Positions 10,619 to 21,590 of a DNA stretch of 24,118 nt are shown here, piece by piece. The notes below the pieces were generated by a model. That model did not search any database. It had not been told where the DNA came from and was given only the letters and a program-made list of their open reading frames with translations. A program made the position numbers and the translations under genes. Origin of the DNA: Vicugna vicugna (Eukaryota); contig MU057724.1 in NCBI GenBank assembly GCA_013265495.1, positions 1,999,102 through 2,023,219 on the forward strand. Reading direction: 5' to 3'. Within the stretch, counting starts at the first letter, position 1. Each line of letters begins with the position of its first letter.

Positions 10619-11389
10619 GACCCCAGGGCACACTCAGACCTCCGTCCAAGACCCACCTCCGTGTCACAGGCACCCGTGGCATCAGCCTGCCACGACCACC
10701 CCTGGCGTTGGAGCCGTGACCCGGGGACACTCAAAGAGATTCCACTCATTCGTCATTGGAATTGTGCTTTGCTTGCTGAGAATAAGCGTCACACCCAGGA
10801 GGGATCTATGGGCGGGTGCGGTTGCGGCCTGACTTCTGCTCTAACCCGTGAACCGGAACAGTCGGGGTGAGGCCAGGTGCGGCAGCCCCCCGCCCCCGCC
10901 CTGCCTCGACGAGCAACTCTGGCTCTACGGCGACATCTTGTGGTAAAAGGTGGGAACTGCGCAAGAGTAGCACAGGGGGTCAACAAGGTTGGAGGGTGTT
11001 TTTGGTTTTTTGCTTTATTCGTTCTCCAATTGGTCACGGACTGAAAACACTTCTGTGAAAGACAATAAAGTTTCAGAAAAATAAAATGAAGAAAACATAG
11101 GTTAAAAACAAAATTCAGCTGTGTACATTTGAAGTCTTACTGGCTTTATTCAGCAATCCTTGAATGGGCATCATGGCACCCAGCAGAGGGAGGGGCTCCG
11201 AGGGGCTGCACAAAAGGACAGACTCTGTTAGCAGAGGGGGTGGGGGCAAGGAAGCACGACAGCAAGGAGCGGGCGGGGGTGGCAAAGTCATTCTCCTCCA
11301 GGGGACGCCAGGGTCCACCAGGCAGATGCCCTCCCTGGCGCTGACCAGGCACTCCTGGCTGGCTGGTTTAATTCCATTTCTGGTTTTTT

Positions 11390-11826
11390 AAAAAATGAAA
11401 ATTTGCCATTTGCAGCAACATGGATGGACCTGGAGATTACCCTACTAAGTGAAGTAAGTCAGACGAGAAAGACAAGTATCATGTGATATCACTTATACGT
11501 GGAATCTAAAAAAAGGACACATACGAACTTATTTACAAAACAGAAATAGACTCACAGACAGAAAACAAACTATGGTTGCCAAAGAGGAAGGTGGGGAGGG
11601 ATAAATTAGGAGTTTGGTATTAACACATATACACCACTGTATATAAAATAGATAAACAACAAGTTCCCACTCACTGTACAGCACAGGGAACTCTATTTAA
11701 TATCTTACAATAACCTATAATGGAAAAGAATCTGAAAAAGAATAGATATATATGTATAACTGAATCACTTTGCTGTACACTTGAAATGTTGTAAATCAAC
11801 TATACTTCAATTAAAAACTTTAAAAA
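11390..11826 (+). mobile_element. L1 3' end (artiodactyl-type), 5'-truncated
   Basis: gccatttgcagcaacatggatggacctggagatt...aagtgaagtaagtcagac (ORF2 end), 3'UTR cagcacagggaactctatt, ending aactatacttcaattaaaaa. Confidence 0.92.
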
Positions 11827-11937
11827 TAGGTGTTTGGGTCTTTTTTATAATCTAATTGACCAATCAGCTGGCTGGTTAGAGACAAGCAGACCCGAAGGTA
11901 AGAATTCAGTCAACAGTATGAAAGGCAGACATGAAAC

Positions 11938-12034
11938 TTTTTTCTTTCCATTTTTTTATTACAGGCACTGGGGCTTGAATCCAGGGCCCCCTGCATGCTA
12001 AGTGTGCGCTCTACCCCTGAGCCATGCCCTCCCC
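11938..12034 (-). mobile_element. Camelid-type tRNA-derived SINE
   Basis: ggcactggggcttgaatccaggg...tgcatgctaagtgtgcgctctacccctgagccatgccctcccc with a T-rich tail. Confidence 0.85.
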
Positions 12035-12049
12035 TGGTGTAAACCTTTT

Positions 12050-12270
12050 CTTCGCTTCTAGGGCTCCTGCATCCTTGGCTCGTGGCCCCTTCCCTGCATC
12101 GCTCAGCCCCATCTCCTGCGCTTACTCTGATCCTCCTGCCTCTCTATTGTAAGGACCTTTGTAATTACCCCGGGATGCCCCGGGATGACCTCCCTGTCTC
12201 AAGGTCCTCACCGTGAAATAACTTCACGGCAAAACCTAGGTTAACATTGGATTGAACAACCGGGATCTAT
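12050..12270 (-). mobile_element. MLT1C/D-type MaLR LTR fragment
   Basis: ccttggctcgtggccccttcc...ctctgatcctcctgcctctctattgtaaggacctttgtaattac...ccgggatgacctccctgtctcaaggtcct resembles the reverse MLT1 consensus. Confidence 0.75.
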
Positions 12271-12399
12271 AGCCGCGCTTACACGTAGCAGGATTACTCA
12301 CATGGTCGCTGTCGGTAGCAGCACAGGGTGTGTGATGGAGGGCGGGTTACTGGGACAGCAAGTGTCTGCGGCCCGTAGACATGGCGGTGATGACAGAGC

Positions 12400-13890
12400 C
12401 CGGGAGCCACACTGCATCTCCCGATGGCCACGGATACCGCGCCAGGGAGAAGTGGAAAGCGAAAAGCATGAGTTCAATTGTGAACATGAGCATGAAATCT
12501 GAGAATACACTGGAGAACCAGAGAGGCCTCCACGCAGCCTTGCACGGGCCCCTCCCCGCTGAGCCGCAGAGCAGCTGTGACCACGACAGAACTGAGCTGG
12601 AGACCGGCTGCAGTGTGAGCAGTCGTAGCACCAAGCCGACGCTCGGCGCCCAGGGCTGGCTCTGTCTGGAGGTGGGACTCTGAGTCACGGAATGGGAGCG
12701 TTAAGACAGAAACACGTCAAGTTAAAAACCGATCTTCCACATGCTGATAAGCACAGTGAGTAAAACTCCCTTCTCTCTCTTCACCCCATACTGAGAAAAG
12801 TCAGTCCTCCTCTGCACACGAGACTTTCAGCGATACACCCGCGAAAGCCGCTTTGCAGGCTGGGGTCAGGTTTCTCAGGACACCCCCTGCTGTTGCCTCC
12901 CAGGTCCTGAGTTAGATCCGCAAATATCCAGCTGGGCAGAAGCAAGGCCTGTTCCAGAAAGAGGTAACATGCACCAAAGGGCCAGACTCACTGACACAGC
13001 CCGTGGACGTCAATGGACGTGGATTCCCAGGACGTAAAACCAAGGACGGCGGAACAAGAGACTCAGCCTGTCTGCATTCACCGGCACGGGTCAGTGTCGT
13101 CTGCGGTGCGGGGCGCCCTGGGTCGGTTTGAGCCCCTGTAAATGGCATGAAAGCCTGGTCAGTTGGCTCACTGAAGCTTGAACTTGGCAATGACCTGCTG
13201 TTAATGAGGTCAAAATGCCAGGACATCACGAGAACGCTGAAGAGAACGCTGAAGGCTCTGATAAATGGATGTTATATGATTCCCCGGGCGGCAGTCTGCT
13301 AGCTGTCCCTTATGAAGGCCGTGCGGAAACTCCAGTCACCAGGACAACGAGGAGCTTTCGGGCTCCGCAGGCAGAGACACCGGTGGGGACGCTCCAATGG
13401 CATGAATTTATCTGGTTTAGCGGGAGTCGTGGGTTTCTGGGATGGCCGAGGCCGGGTGTGGTACTTAACCATCAGGGAGAAGCTGGGGAGAGTTACCAGC
13501 TCTGTGATGTCTGCGTGGCACCTGGGCTTGAGCCGGAAGGGGCGGGTTCAGTCCTTGGGAAGTGGCTTCGGACCACCTGGAGCAGCGGTCTTTGGGGACA
13601 GCCTCTGTGTCTGAAATTGCACGCCCAGCAGCCAACACTTCAAACTTCCACTCCATCCACATCGGGCCCATTCCACCACCTCTCTTTAGTCAATGCACTT
13701 AGAACTGTGTTATTTCCATGGTCCCAGGACTCACACCACTATTGGGAATACAACAAAAATCCTTGAAATAAGAGGTCCTAGGCTCCAAGCACGACTGACA
13801 ATACTGTCCAGTACCTGATTCAATAAGACAGCTATGACCAGAGGCACATATCTGGGATCTCACTCACAGAGGCTTCCAGACACAGCAGAG
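12400..13890 (+). mobile_element. Degenerate ERVL internal region (gag, possibly start of protease)
   Basis: Colinear matches to ERVL gag as I recall it: gagaaccagagaggcctc, gtgggactctgagtcacggaatggg, ctcaggacacccc, ttggctcactgaagcttgaac...gttaatgaggtcaaaatgccag, ggccgggtgtggtacttaaccatcag. No intact reading frame. Confidence 0.65.
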
Positions 13891-15189
13891 ATGCCACCAA
13901 GAAGCCCCAGAGAAACCCAGGTTCTGTGTAGTTTGCAAGTTACAGGAAACAGGAAGAAAGGAGGCAATGGGGTCCGTGTAGCTCTTTGGGGCCATGAATC
14001 CCACCCAGTGCATCTCCTGCACACCCCAATATATCAGAGACCGTCTCTTAAATGTCTACACCACAAACCTCTGCTCTCTGCGCTTCCCAGACACCACGCT
14101 CGCGTCTCTGCTGCACCCTGCACTCGGGTCCCTGCATGCTTTTGCCTTTTCTGGTGCTGACTTTGGCTTTGGTGTAACTCATCCTCTCTGTCGCAGCAGA
14201 TCTGTGAGTTCCACCTCCTGTCAGGTCTGCCCTGCGGACACCAGGACCCAAGCTTCCTTCTGCGTGCAATGGCACCCCCTTTGGGCTCAAGGGAGCCAGC
14301 TGGGGGCACTCAGATTTGGGCCATGCTGTCCAGTCCAAAGAGCAAGGGACCTAGAAAAGCTGCGCCCACGTCTTCACTCTGCTGCGTGCTACACGCACAC
14401 ACTCGGGGGAGCTCCGGGAAACCTCTGCGCTTCAGGCCCCTGTCTCTAAAACAGGCTGAACACCGATGATCTGTCTCTGCCTCGTCATTTAACCTCCTAA
14501 GAATTAAATAAGACCGTCTGAGAAACTGCGCCATCTAATCCTTCTCACATAGCACACATTCAAAACTGAGTTGTTACCGTGTTTCCCTCTCAGACACCTG
14601 AAATAGTTTCCATGAGAACACGGTTCAGAACGCCTTTAATTTATTGGTATTTTCATATTGAAAGTCATTCCACAAATGCTTTGAGGCTGATGAACAAAAA
14701 TTCTTTGGGAGCTGCTATTTTAATAATAATGACATGACTCCGAATGATGATGGAGGCCGAGTCTAATTCTTTACAGCAAAGCAAGTACTTTCCGTGAATC
14801 ACCAAGGGCTCTCCTGCCACCGGTGATAAATCAGGGTGCGGCGGAATTAGCAAAATAAATAGAACTCAACTTCCTTCTCCTTGCCGCTGTTACAGCCTGT
14901 CTTCTTGGCTTTGAACTCAAGCAAAGGCATTAAAGAGATGTCCAATATTTCACAGAAGTGAGAGGCTGCGACGGACTGTTGGAAACCTGGAACCACGAGG
15001 GGACAGAACAGCCAGTGAAGAGCAGATTTACTTCCCAAGGAAAGCTCACTCTGATGCCAACGCACGATCCAATCTGGGCGAGTTAGTTCCGCCGTATTAA
15101 GAATGTTGACTTTCGAACGGACAGACGTGGAAACTGGGCATTTTAAAAGCTGGATCTCACCAGTGGCAGTGTTCTCGGGGGAAGTTCCA

Positions 15190-15356
15190 CAGATTCTTGC
15201 TGTCACGGTCCCAGGACCTTGGGTGCCTGGCCTCCCCAAGGCCAAGGTTTGAATCCATGACTTACCCTCGTATGTTTCCATCAACGGTCTCTTTTTGCCT
15301 AGTCTAAAACTGGCTGTTTCTGTTATTTGGAAACTAGGTAATTTTTAACACATACA
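15190..15356 (+). mobile_element. Old MaLR/ERVL LTR 3' end fragment
   Basis: ctctttttgcctagtct...gtttctgttatttggaaac...taacacataca resembles MLT1-type termini (tttttgcttaag...ggtttctgttgcttgcaacc...taactgataca). Confidence 0.45.
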
Positions 15357-15448
15357 TAAATATATTGGGTAAAAGAAACTAACAATTATTTGAAACCATT
15401 TGCTGCAAAAATGAGAAATTGTGGGGGACTTTGTTTTGACATTCAAAT

Positions 15449-15462
15449 CCTCTAGGGGGCAG
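15449..15462 (+). promoter_or_regulatory. Candidate CTCF site
   Basis: CCTCTAGGGGGCAG versus consensus CCASYAGRKGGCRS (one mismatch); motif only. Confidence 0.4.
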
Positions 15463-15899
15463 AAAAATTCTCTGCTGAATTTTCTCAAACCAGTGGGGAA
15501 AAGAAGCAAACTGCACAACTAAGTTTCTGTTTAATTTTACGTGGGAACTAGTTCTGTTTCAGTCAACACTGAATATTCATTACTATGTTTTTTAGAAGAA
15601 GCAGAAAGGAGTCTGAGGCTGTATGACCAGAGCCCCCGTCTCCGTGCTCACGTGTGCCTGACGGTGCGTGAGGGGCGGGCAAGGGGCTGACAGACATCAA
15701 GGGCCGAGGGTTAGTGATCCGCTTGCAGACTGGATACCCAGAGTCGAGGGAGGGGGGTAGATAGCCATTCAGGACAACCTGCTGGAGCAGAACTCAGGCC
15801 CAACTTCATAAGCCAATGTGCTTTTTTTCAATTTTTAAAAAAAATTTTTTGTCTCATCCATAATCCCACCATATCCAGCAATAGATTTTTTTAAAAAAA

Positions 15900-16232
15900 T
15901 TTTTGAAGAGTGATTTATTTATTTGTGTAGGGTTTTCTTGGGGGGGTGTGGTTAATTAGGTTTCTTTTCTTTTTTTAATTTTTTTAATTGAAGTACTGTC
16001 AGTTACACTGTGTCGATTTCTGGTGTGCAGCACCGTGTCCCAGTCGTGCATACACAAACATATATTCGTTTTCATGTTATTTTTCACCGTTAAGTTACTA
16101 CAAGATATTGAATATCGTTCCCTGTGCTGTACGGAAGAAATCTGGGATTTTTGGTTTAATCTTTCTTTATTTTTAGAGGAGGTGCCGGGGATTGAACAGC
16201 TCAGTGCACTCTGAGCCTAACCGTCCCCTCCC
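15900..16232 (-). mobile_element. Camelid SINE interrupted by a short L1 3'-tail insertion (~15962-16150)
   Basis: SINE head gaggtgccggggattgaac...cccctccc at the right and SINE tail ggggggtgtggttaattaggttt at the left. Between them lies a reverse L1 tail: ttaattgaagtactgtcagttac...caagatattgaatatcgttccctgtgctgtac. Confidence 0.8.
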
Positions 16233-18990
16233 TGAACCCGTGCTGTGAAGCCGCTGCTCCACACTGCGCCCTCAGAGTCACCTGCAGAGTCCCTGTATCC
16301 GTCTTTTCCCGGAAGCAGCTCTTTCACTGGCGCGTCACCTCCACGACGAGGGCAAAAGATGAAACACAGCTGTTAGGTGGGTGGGGAGGCTTCCATTGGA
16401 GAAGCCGGCTTTGCAGCCCTTTGTAAATGGTGGTGACGGCGGCCTGAGGTACCCGGACCGAGCTCGTCAACGTGGCGCAGAGGCCACCGGGGCTCTGCGT
16501 GAGTCCGCGCAGAGGTCGTCTGCGGTGTGAGGAGTCAGGGCAGAGGCCGGTTTTAGGTTGACTTTGAGCAGATAATTAAAAAACTCAAAGGTTCCGTTAA
16601 CAAGAGTCAACTACGGTTACATCGAAGGCTGGGAGCGGAATCCCGGCCCCTGGCGGTCGGTGGAGACGAGGGTGTTAGCCGTGGAGGCGGGGCGGGGAGC
16701 GGGCCTGGGCCCCACGGACCCGGCGGGAGTTCACAGCAACGTCTGAGGGTTGAGACGGGAAAAGCCTGACCCATTAGCTGACCTGTTTCTCTGGGAGGCA
16801 GGACCGGTCCTCATCCCACACTGACCAGAGGATGGAGGCACCGAGCCCGGGACCCCCCAGGGCTGTACAACTGTAACAACTTACCGAGTCCAAAACTTAC
16901 CCAAAAAATGCAAATGTGCTAACTTTTGATTTCTTCAAATGCCTGTAATGAGCCTCAGTTTTTCCCTGTTTGCTGCGGAATCCGTCCCTCCCACCTCCTC
17001 GGGAGCCCGTGCTGCTGTTCTGTGTCTCCCTCTGCTTGCTGGTGACACAGCTACTCACGATGGCTGGGAAGCCCCAGACGTTTATTTTAAACAATTATTA
17101 TTTCTTTGTTTTCCTTTTTGTTTTGTGGTGGAACTGAAGGAGGCTGCAGGGACACCACCCTATTCAGACGAATTGGCCCCATTGGAAGGTCAACCTTCCA
17201 GCCCTCCCGGGAGGGCACTAGCCCCCAACAGCCGTGACCCCTCAGAGCGGGTGTCCGTCGTCCTGCTGCTGCCCCGTCAGACCGACAACGGAGGTGGTGA
17301 GGCCGGCAGCATCGCGCTCATCAGTCGACCACTCACTCAGGTTCCGTACCGCGTCCGAGATGCAGTTGGAAGCCCTTCCCCGACCTGGTGCAGACAGGTG
17401 TACGGGGAGTTTCTGTGCCTCCAGCTGCTCTCATTCCCCCTCCCTTCAGCCACCTTCCTGCCCATTGTTGGCACAGGCTGACGCGGCTGAGGACTGTCAC
17501 TTTGTCCTAGATCAGAGGCTCCCTGGGTTCTGTGAGAGGCATGGACATATGGTTTACCCTGCCTGGGGCTACCGGCATGGAGCCTGGGAGGAATTTCCAG
17601 AAGCCGGGTATTAGCGAGAGGCCAAGCCAGAGCCAAGGTAAAACTCTGAAACTCGTCACTAAATCTCCGTAGGAACCAGAGAGGAGAGGGATCCAAGATT
17701 CTTCAAAGAGGATGAAAGGAAATTCAACTGAAGAAATCCCCAAGATAAAATGTCCATCAGACGTCAAATAACAGCAGCTTATGAGCCAAATGAGGCTCAG
17801 AACGTTTGATTTGGCGACGTAGTGTGTTAAGTGTTTTTCTAGCTAAATACCAACATTTGGAAGTCGAGATAATTCACATGAAAAATCCACATTGCAGCTT
17901 TCCAAGAAGAATCTACAGGAAGCCTGCGCCTAACATGGCAGCACAGGCAGGGCTGGAAGCTGCCCGTCAGCCGGGCAGACACTGTCCACTGCCCCGTGGC
18001 CCTGTGGCCCTGTGCTGGGCACCTGGTCCTGTCGGCCTTTCAGGTCCCACGTCCACGGTCACCCGGCTCTCGTGGCTTTAACCCCGTGTCCGTCCCTGGG
18101 AGGTGGGTGACAGGAAGCAGTTGCAGGTGGACACGGAACAGACGGTCTCGTCTGCGGGGATTTGACATAAAACATCCAACAAGAACAATGCATAACTCGA
18201 CAGCAACTCGCCAGCGTTTCATAAATCACTGACTGTTTTTTATTGTGAGTTAAAAGATGGTCTGTACTCTCATCGGTGGACTGCGAGATAACTGCTTGTT
18301 CCTGTGTTACGTAAAGCGCCCACTACGGGCCAGTCACTGACCTGGGCTCTAGAACACACTTCAGAACATAGCCTCTCCTCCTCCAGACCCTATGTATTGC
18401 GCAGAGAGAGGTAAGAAGCAAATGTCATTATTACCTGGAGTGGGAAACGACATGAAACAAGGAAACATGGGGAAAGCCTACTTTACATCATGCTAGATTT
18501 TCCAAGCAACTAACCTTTTTATTTAACATGTAGGGAGTGATAAGAATTGTACACTCCCCCCTCCCCAAATAAAAATCGCACAGGTTTCTTGTCTCCCAGG
18601 TGCTCTCAGGGGCTGGCTGTAGTAGCTGCGTCTTGCCTTTCAAAGCCGAGGATGCTCAAAAGAAGGAGAAATGGGAAGTCATTATCCAGGTAACTCAGGG
18701 ACTGTCTAGGCTGCCCCACTAAACCCCTCAGGTGCCGGCCAGGAACAGCCAACTCAGCACAGCCTCCGCGCTCCACCTTAACGCCGTTGGCCCCCCCGGC
18801 CGGCTGCTCGGATGCCGAGACTACCTCTGGGGCGTGCGTGCGCTACTTCACTGAGAAGTGTGCATATTTCTCCCTGTCCGTCTCACGATCACGCAGCTCC
18901 ACAAGCGAGAAAATCCTAAGCCTCTGTACCCACTCCCCTCCCGACCTCTCTCTGTCAAAGTCAATGCAGTGAGAAGGTGAGTGTCAAGTA

Positions 18991-19163
18991 CAGTGGACCC
19001 TTGACCAAGGTGGGGGCTTGGGGTGCTGACAGTTAACCTCCATCTCTGAGTTCCCCGCGTCCCCAGATTCAGCCAACCGAGACTGATCGTGTGGATGGGC
19101 AGTGCTCACTAACCCTCTGCGTGGCCCCGCGCAGGTCAAACCCACGTTGTCCAGGGTCAATTG
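18991..19163. mobile_element. Tigger2-family (TcMar) MITE with both termini
   Basis: TA|cagtggacccttgaccaa ... gcgcaggtcaaacccacgttgtccagggtcaattg|TA: imperfect terminal inverted repeats and TA target duplication. Confidence 0.85.
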
Positions 19164-20219
19164 TAGTAAAATAAACATCATCTCAACTGGAGGTATCTCC
19201 AGTCAAGCTCAGAGGGTTTTAAATGTAAACATAGCATGGAACACATCTCTGAGGCTTGTTAGCCGTCTACGAGAATGTTTAAAACCTGATTTCACGGGAT
19301 TCCGTCTGAAACAACTTACCTTGTTGAAGCCCCGCTAATCACACGGCTCCTTTAGGCGCCGTAAGTGTTTCAGCCAAATGTGTCTCACTACCAAGTTCTC
19401 ATTTGCCACCATTCAACAGGCTCTTCACGTTTGGAATAAATAGCACTTCAGCTCTCCAGACAGTTCTGAGTAAAAATTGCCTCCTTTCTCCAAATGTTGT
19501 AAGAAGCATAAAGCTCTATAAAGGCGAGGGGGCTGAAACTATGTTATTCGTCCCACTGCTTCACTGCATGGCGTTCTTGCTGGATTTCACACACCCCCAA
19601 GTTTTTCCTTTTAAGTGGAATTATTCGTACATCGTTGCCCAGAGGCCGACACAAATGAAGCCGAAAACTGGAAATGTAGCTCACAATATCCCTGAGGCTG
19701 AAGGGGGTTTTCGAGCTTGTTTTTCTGATGAACCAAGGAACAGGTGTGTTCACAGACACAAGCGGGCACACGCTCCGAGGGGGAGCGACGCGTCCGGACG
19801 CACGACTCCACGACGCCAGCTCGAGCGGTGGGGCGAGGCGAGAGGCCGTGGTTGCGCCTCCGCTGCGTTGTTGGGCGTCGCCTGCTCTGCCTCCCCTAAA
19901 GGGAAGGGGCTTCTGTCGCTTCACTGCAGGTTTCTTCCTTTCACGTTGCTGTCCTTAAATGAAACTGATCAGACGTGCCAGATGAGTTGTCATTTTCTAA
20001 ACAGAGCCCCACGTGTTCTCCTGCACCAAGTTCAGCTGGACTTCTTTTTATTTAAGGCAGCAATACCACATGCTCCAAACTCAAACAGACACAAACCATC
20101 TCAGGATCCTAGCTCTCAGTTCAGAAAACGAATATTTACACACATATACACATGTAGTAATCATATCTCAACAGTGTAACCTCTGCTACAAATGCCCTTC
20201 ACCCAAAGGAAAACAGCAC

Positions 20220-20760
20220 AGATTTTTTGCATATAAGTTTTAATAAAACTCATATTTCAAATTAATGCAAATAAAGACAACTTCTGAATAAATGAATTAA
20301 ATACTATTAAATTAGAATTATAAAAGTGGACTTTGTACATGATTATTCAAAAGACCTATTATGAAAAATCATATACAAAAACCATTTCTCTTTGGCAATC
20401 TGAGACATAATTTACATAATTAAATATATTACTCATACATATACAGAATGTTAGCCACATAAGAAAATAATATACATAGCAAAAATAAAGTAGAAGAGCA
20501 TAATTTTTAATATTCTGTTTGCGACACGTGAATTAAACTTTGTTTTAAAAAATGTCAAATTACTGGGTGCACTAAGGAAGGAGCCCATTCTGGGGTGGAA
20601 CGCAGCTCATCGGCTCACAGCTCATCGGCTGGTTCTGGGAAGGGCCTTACTTTGCTCATCTTAATACACCATAACATTAGACGTCTCATCCCTTTTTACA
20701 TTAAATACGATTCCAGGCACTTTTTTCCATTCAAATTAGATTTACATTCCTAAGAAATAT
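20220..20760 (-). other. ALKAL1: ALKAL1 terminal, entirely non-coding 3'UTR exon (3' end approximate)
   Basis: Strong acceptor tttttctttctttctcccacag| (AG at 20762-20761), then AT-rich sequence ATATTTCTTAGGAATGTAAATCTAATTTGAATGGAAAAAAGTGCC that resembles my recollection of the human ALKAL1 3'UTR. Ends near ATTAAA followed by a GU-rich element. Confidence 0.78.
20239..20244 (-). terminator. ALKAL1: Probable ALKAL1 polyadenylation signal (ATTAAA)
   Basis: Plus-strand tttaat = ATTAAA on minus, followed ~20 nt later by GU/U-rich TGTGCTGTTTTCCTTTGG. An alternative AATAAA lies at 20047-20052. Confidence 0.55.
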
Positions 20761-20853
20761 CTGTGGGAGAAAGAAAGAAAAATGGTATTTAGGACTTGGT
20801 TTTTAATATAATTATATTTTGTTTTACTTTGCTTGAAGAATCTGTGAACTCTT

Positions 20854-21029
20854 GTATAGCACGGGGCACTGCACTCCATCTCTTGTGGTGGCTTACATTG
20901 GAAAAGAATATGAAAACGAATATATGTATATTCATGTACGATTGAAGCACTGAGCTGTACACCAGAAATTGACACAACACTGTAAACTGACCACACTTCA
21001 ATAAAAAAGACACATAAAAAGAAAAAACA
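20854..21029 (+). mobile_element. Short L1 3'-tail insertion with 18-bp TSD
   Basis: gtatagcacgggg...gaaaagaatatgaaaacgaatatatg...acttcaataaaaaa, flanked by aagaatctgtgaactctt (20836-20853) and aagaatctgtggactctt (21030-21047). Confidence 0.9.
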
Positions 21030-21590
21030 AAGAATCTGTGGACTCTTAATTTATAATATAACCCTGAGCATGTAGATTACTGTGTGTGGAGGGGGAGAGG
21101 GGTTAATCCATATTTTAGAAAGTTTAAAGGATGACTTTCCAATTAAAGTTTGAAAACTTCTGCATAAACCAAAAAAATGAACTTGACATCACCTACATAA
21201 CACAAAAATATTCCTAAAACGTATTAATCTGTAATATTCCAAGACCTTGTTAAGTAACTGGAAACAGATATTATCAGAAATGACTCCTACGTTGCTCACT
21301 AAGTCTCCAAAACTCTGCAGTTTTAAAGGGACATGTTTATCAGTTCTGTCTTCTATGACTCTTGTCCCAGAAGAATATCAGTTTGCACACAATATTTTAA
21401 ATTATAATACAGTACTTGTTTTTTGAGAACTTCCCCAGGTATTACGTTGTTTGGGGGACTTTATTTAAACTTACTCATTCACATAAAATACATTAAAACA
21501 AAGAGAGAAACATGGCTTGATTTAGTTCGTTTCAAGAGCCTAATGACTTTTCTTGATTTACTCATGTTTTGCATTATTCAAAAGGTTTGA

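Larger units (their letters stand above)
9100..10950 (-). promoter_or_regulatory. ST18: CpG-island promoter, probably of ST18 (MYT1-family zinc-finger TF)
   Basis: Dense CpG/GC block. Inr-like TCATTTT on minus (9695-9689), GC box GGGCGGGG at 9726-9733, several E-boxes, and a donor at the left edge followed by AT-rich unique sequence. The gene name rests on synteny only (ST18 is the next same-strand gene downstream of ALKAL1 in human and mouse); no ST18 coding sequence is visible. Confidence 0.55.

Noticed and set aside
9270..10832. Overlapping 120-203 aa ORFs in the CpG island
   Set aside because: Pro/Arg/Gly/Ala-rich in several frames on both strands, as expected from stop-codon depletion in GC-rich DNA; no ST18 zinc-finger sequence.
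16939..17767. Cluster of 86-180 aa ORFs
   Set aside because: No recognisable homology or consistent exon structure.
19403..20179. 258-aa plus-strand ORF, the longest in the track
   Set aside because: Non-ATG (TTG) start, no recognisable domain, crosses compositionally unrelated segments, and lies antisense just past the ALKAL1 3' end.
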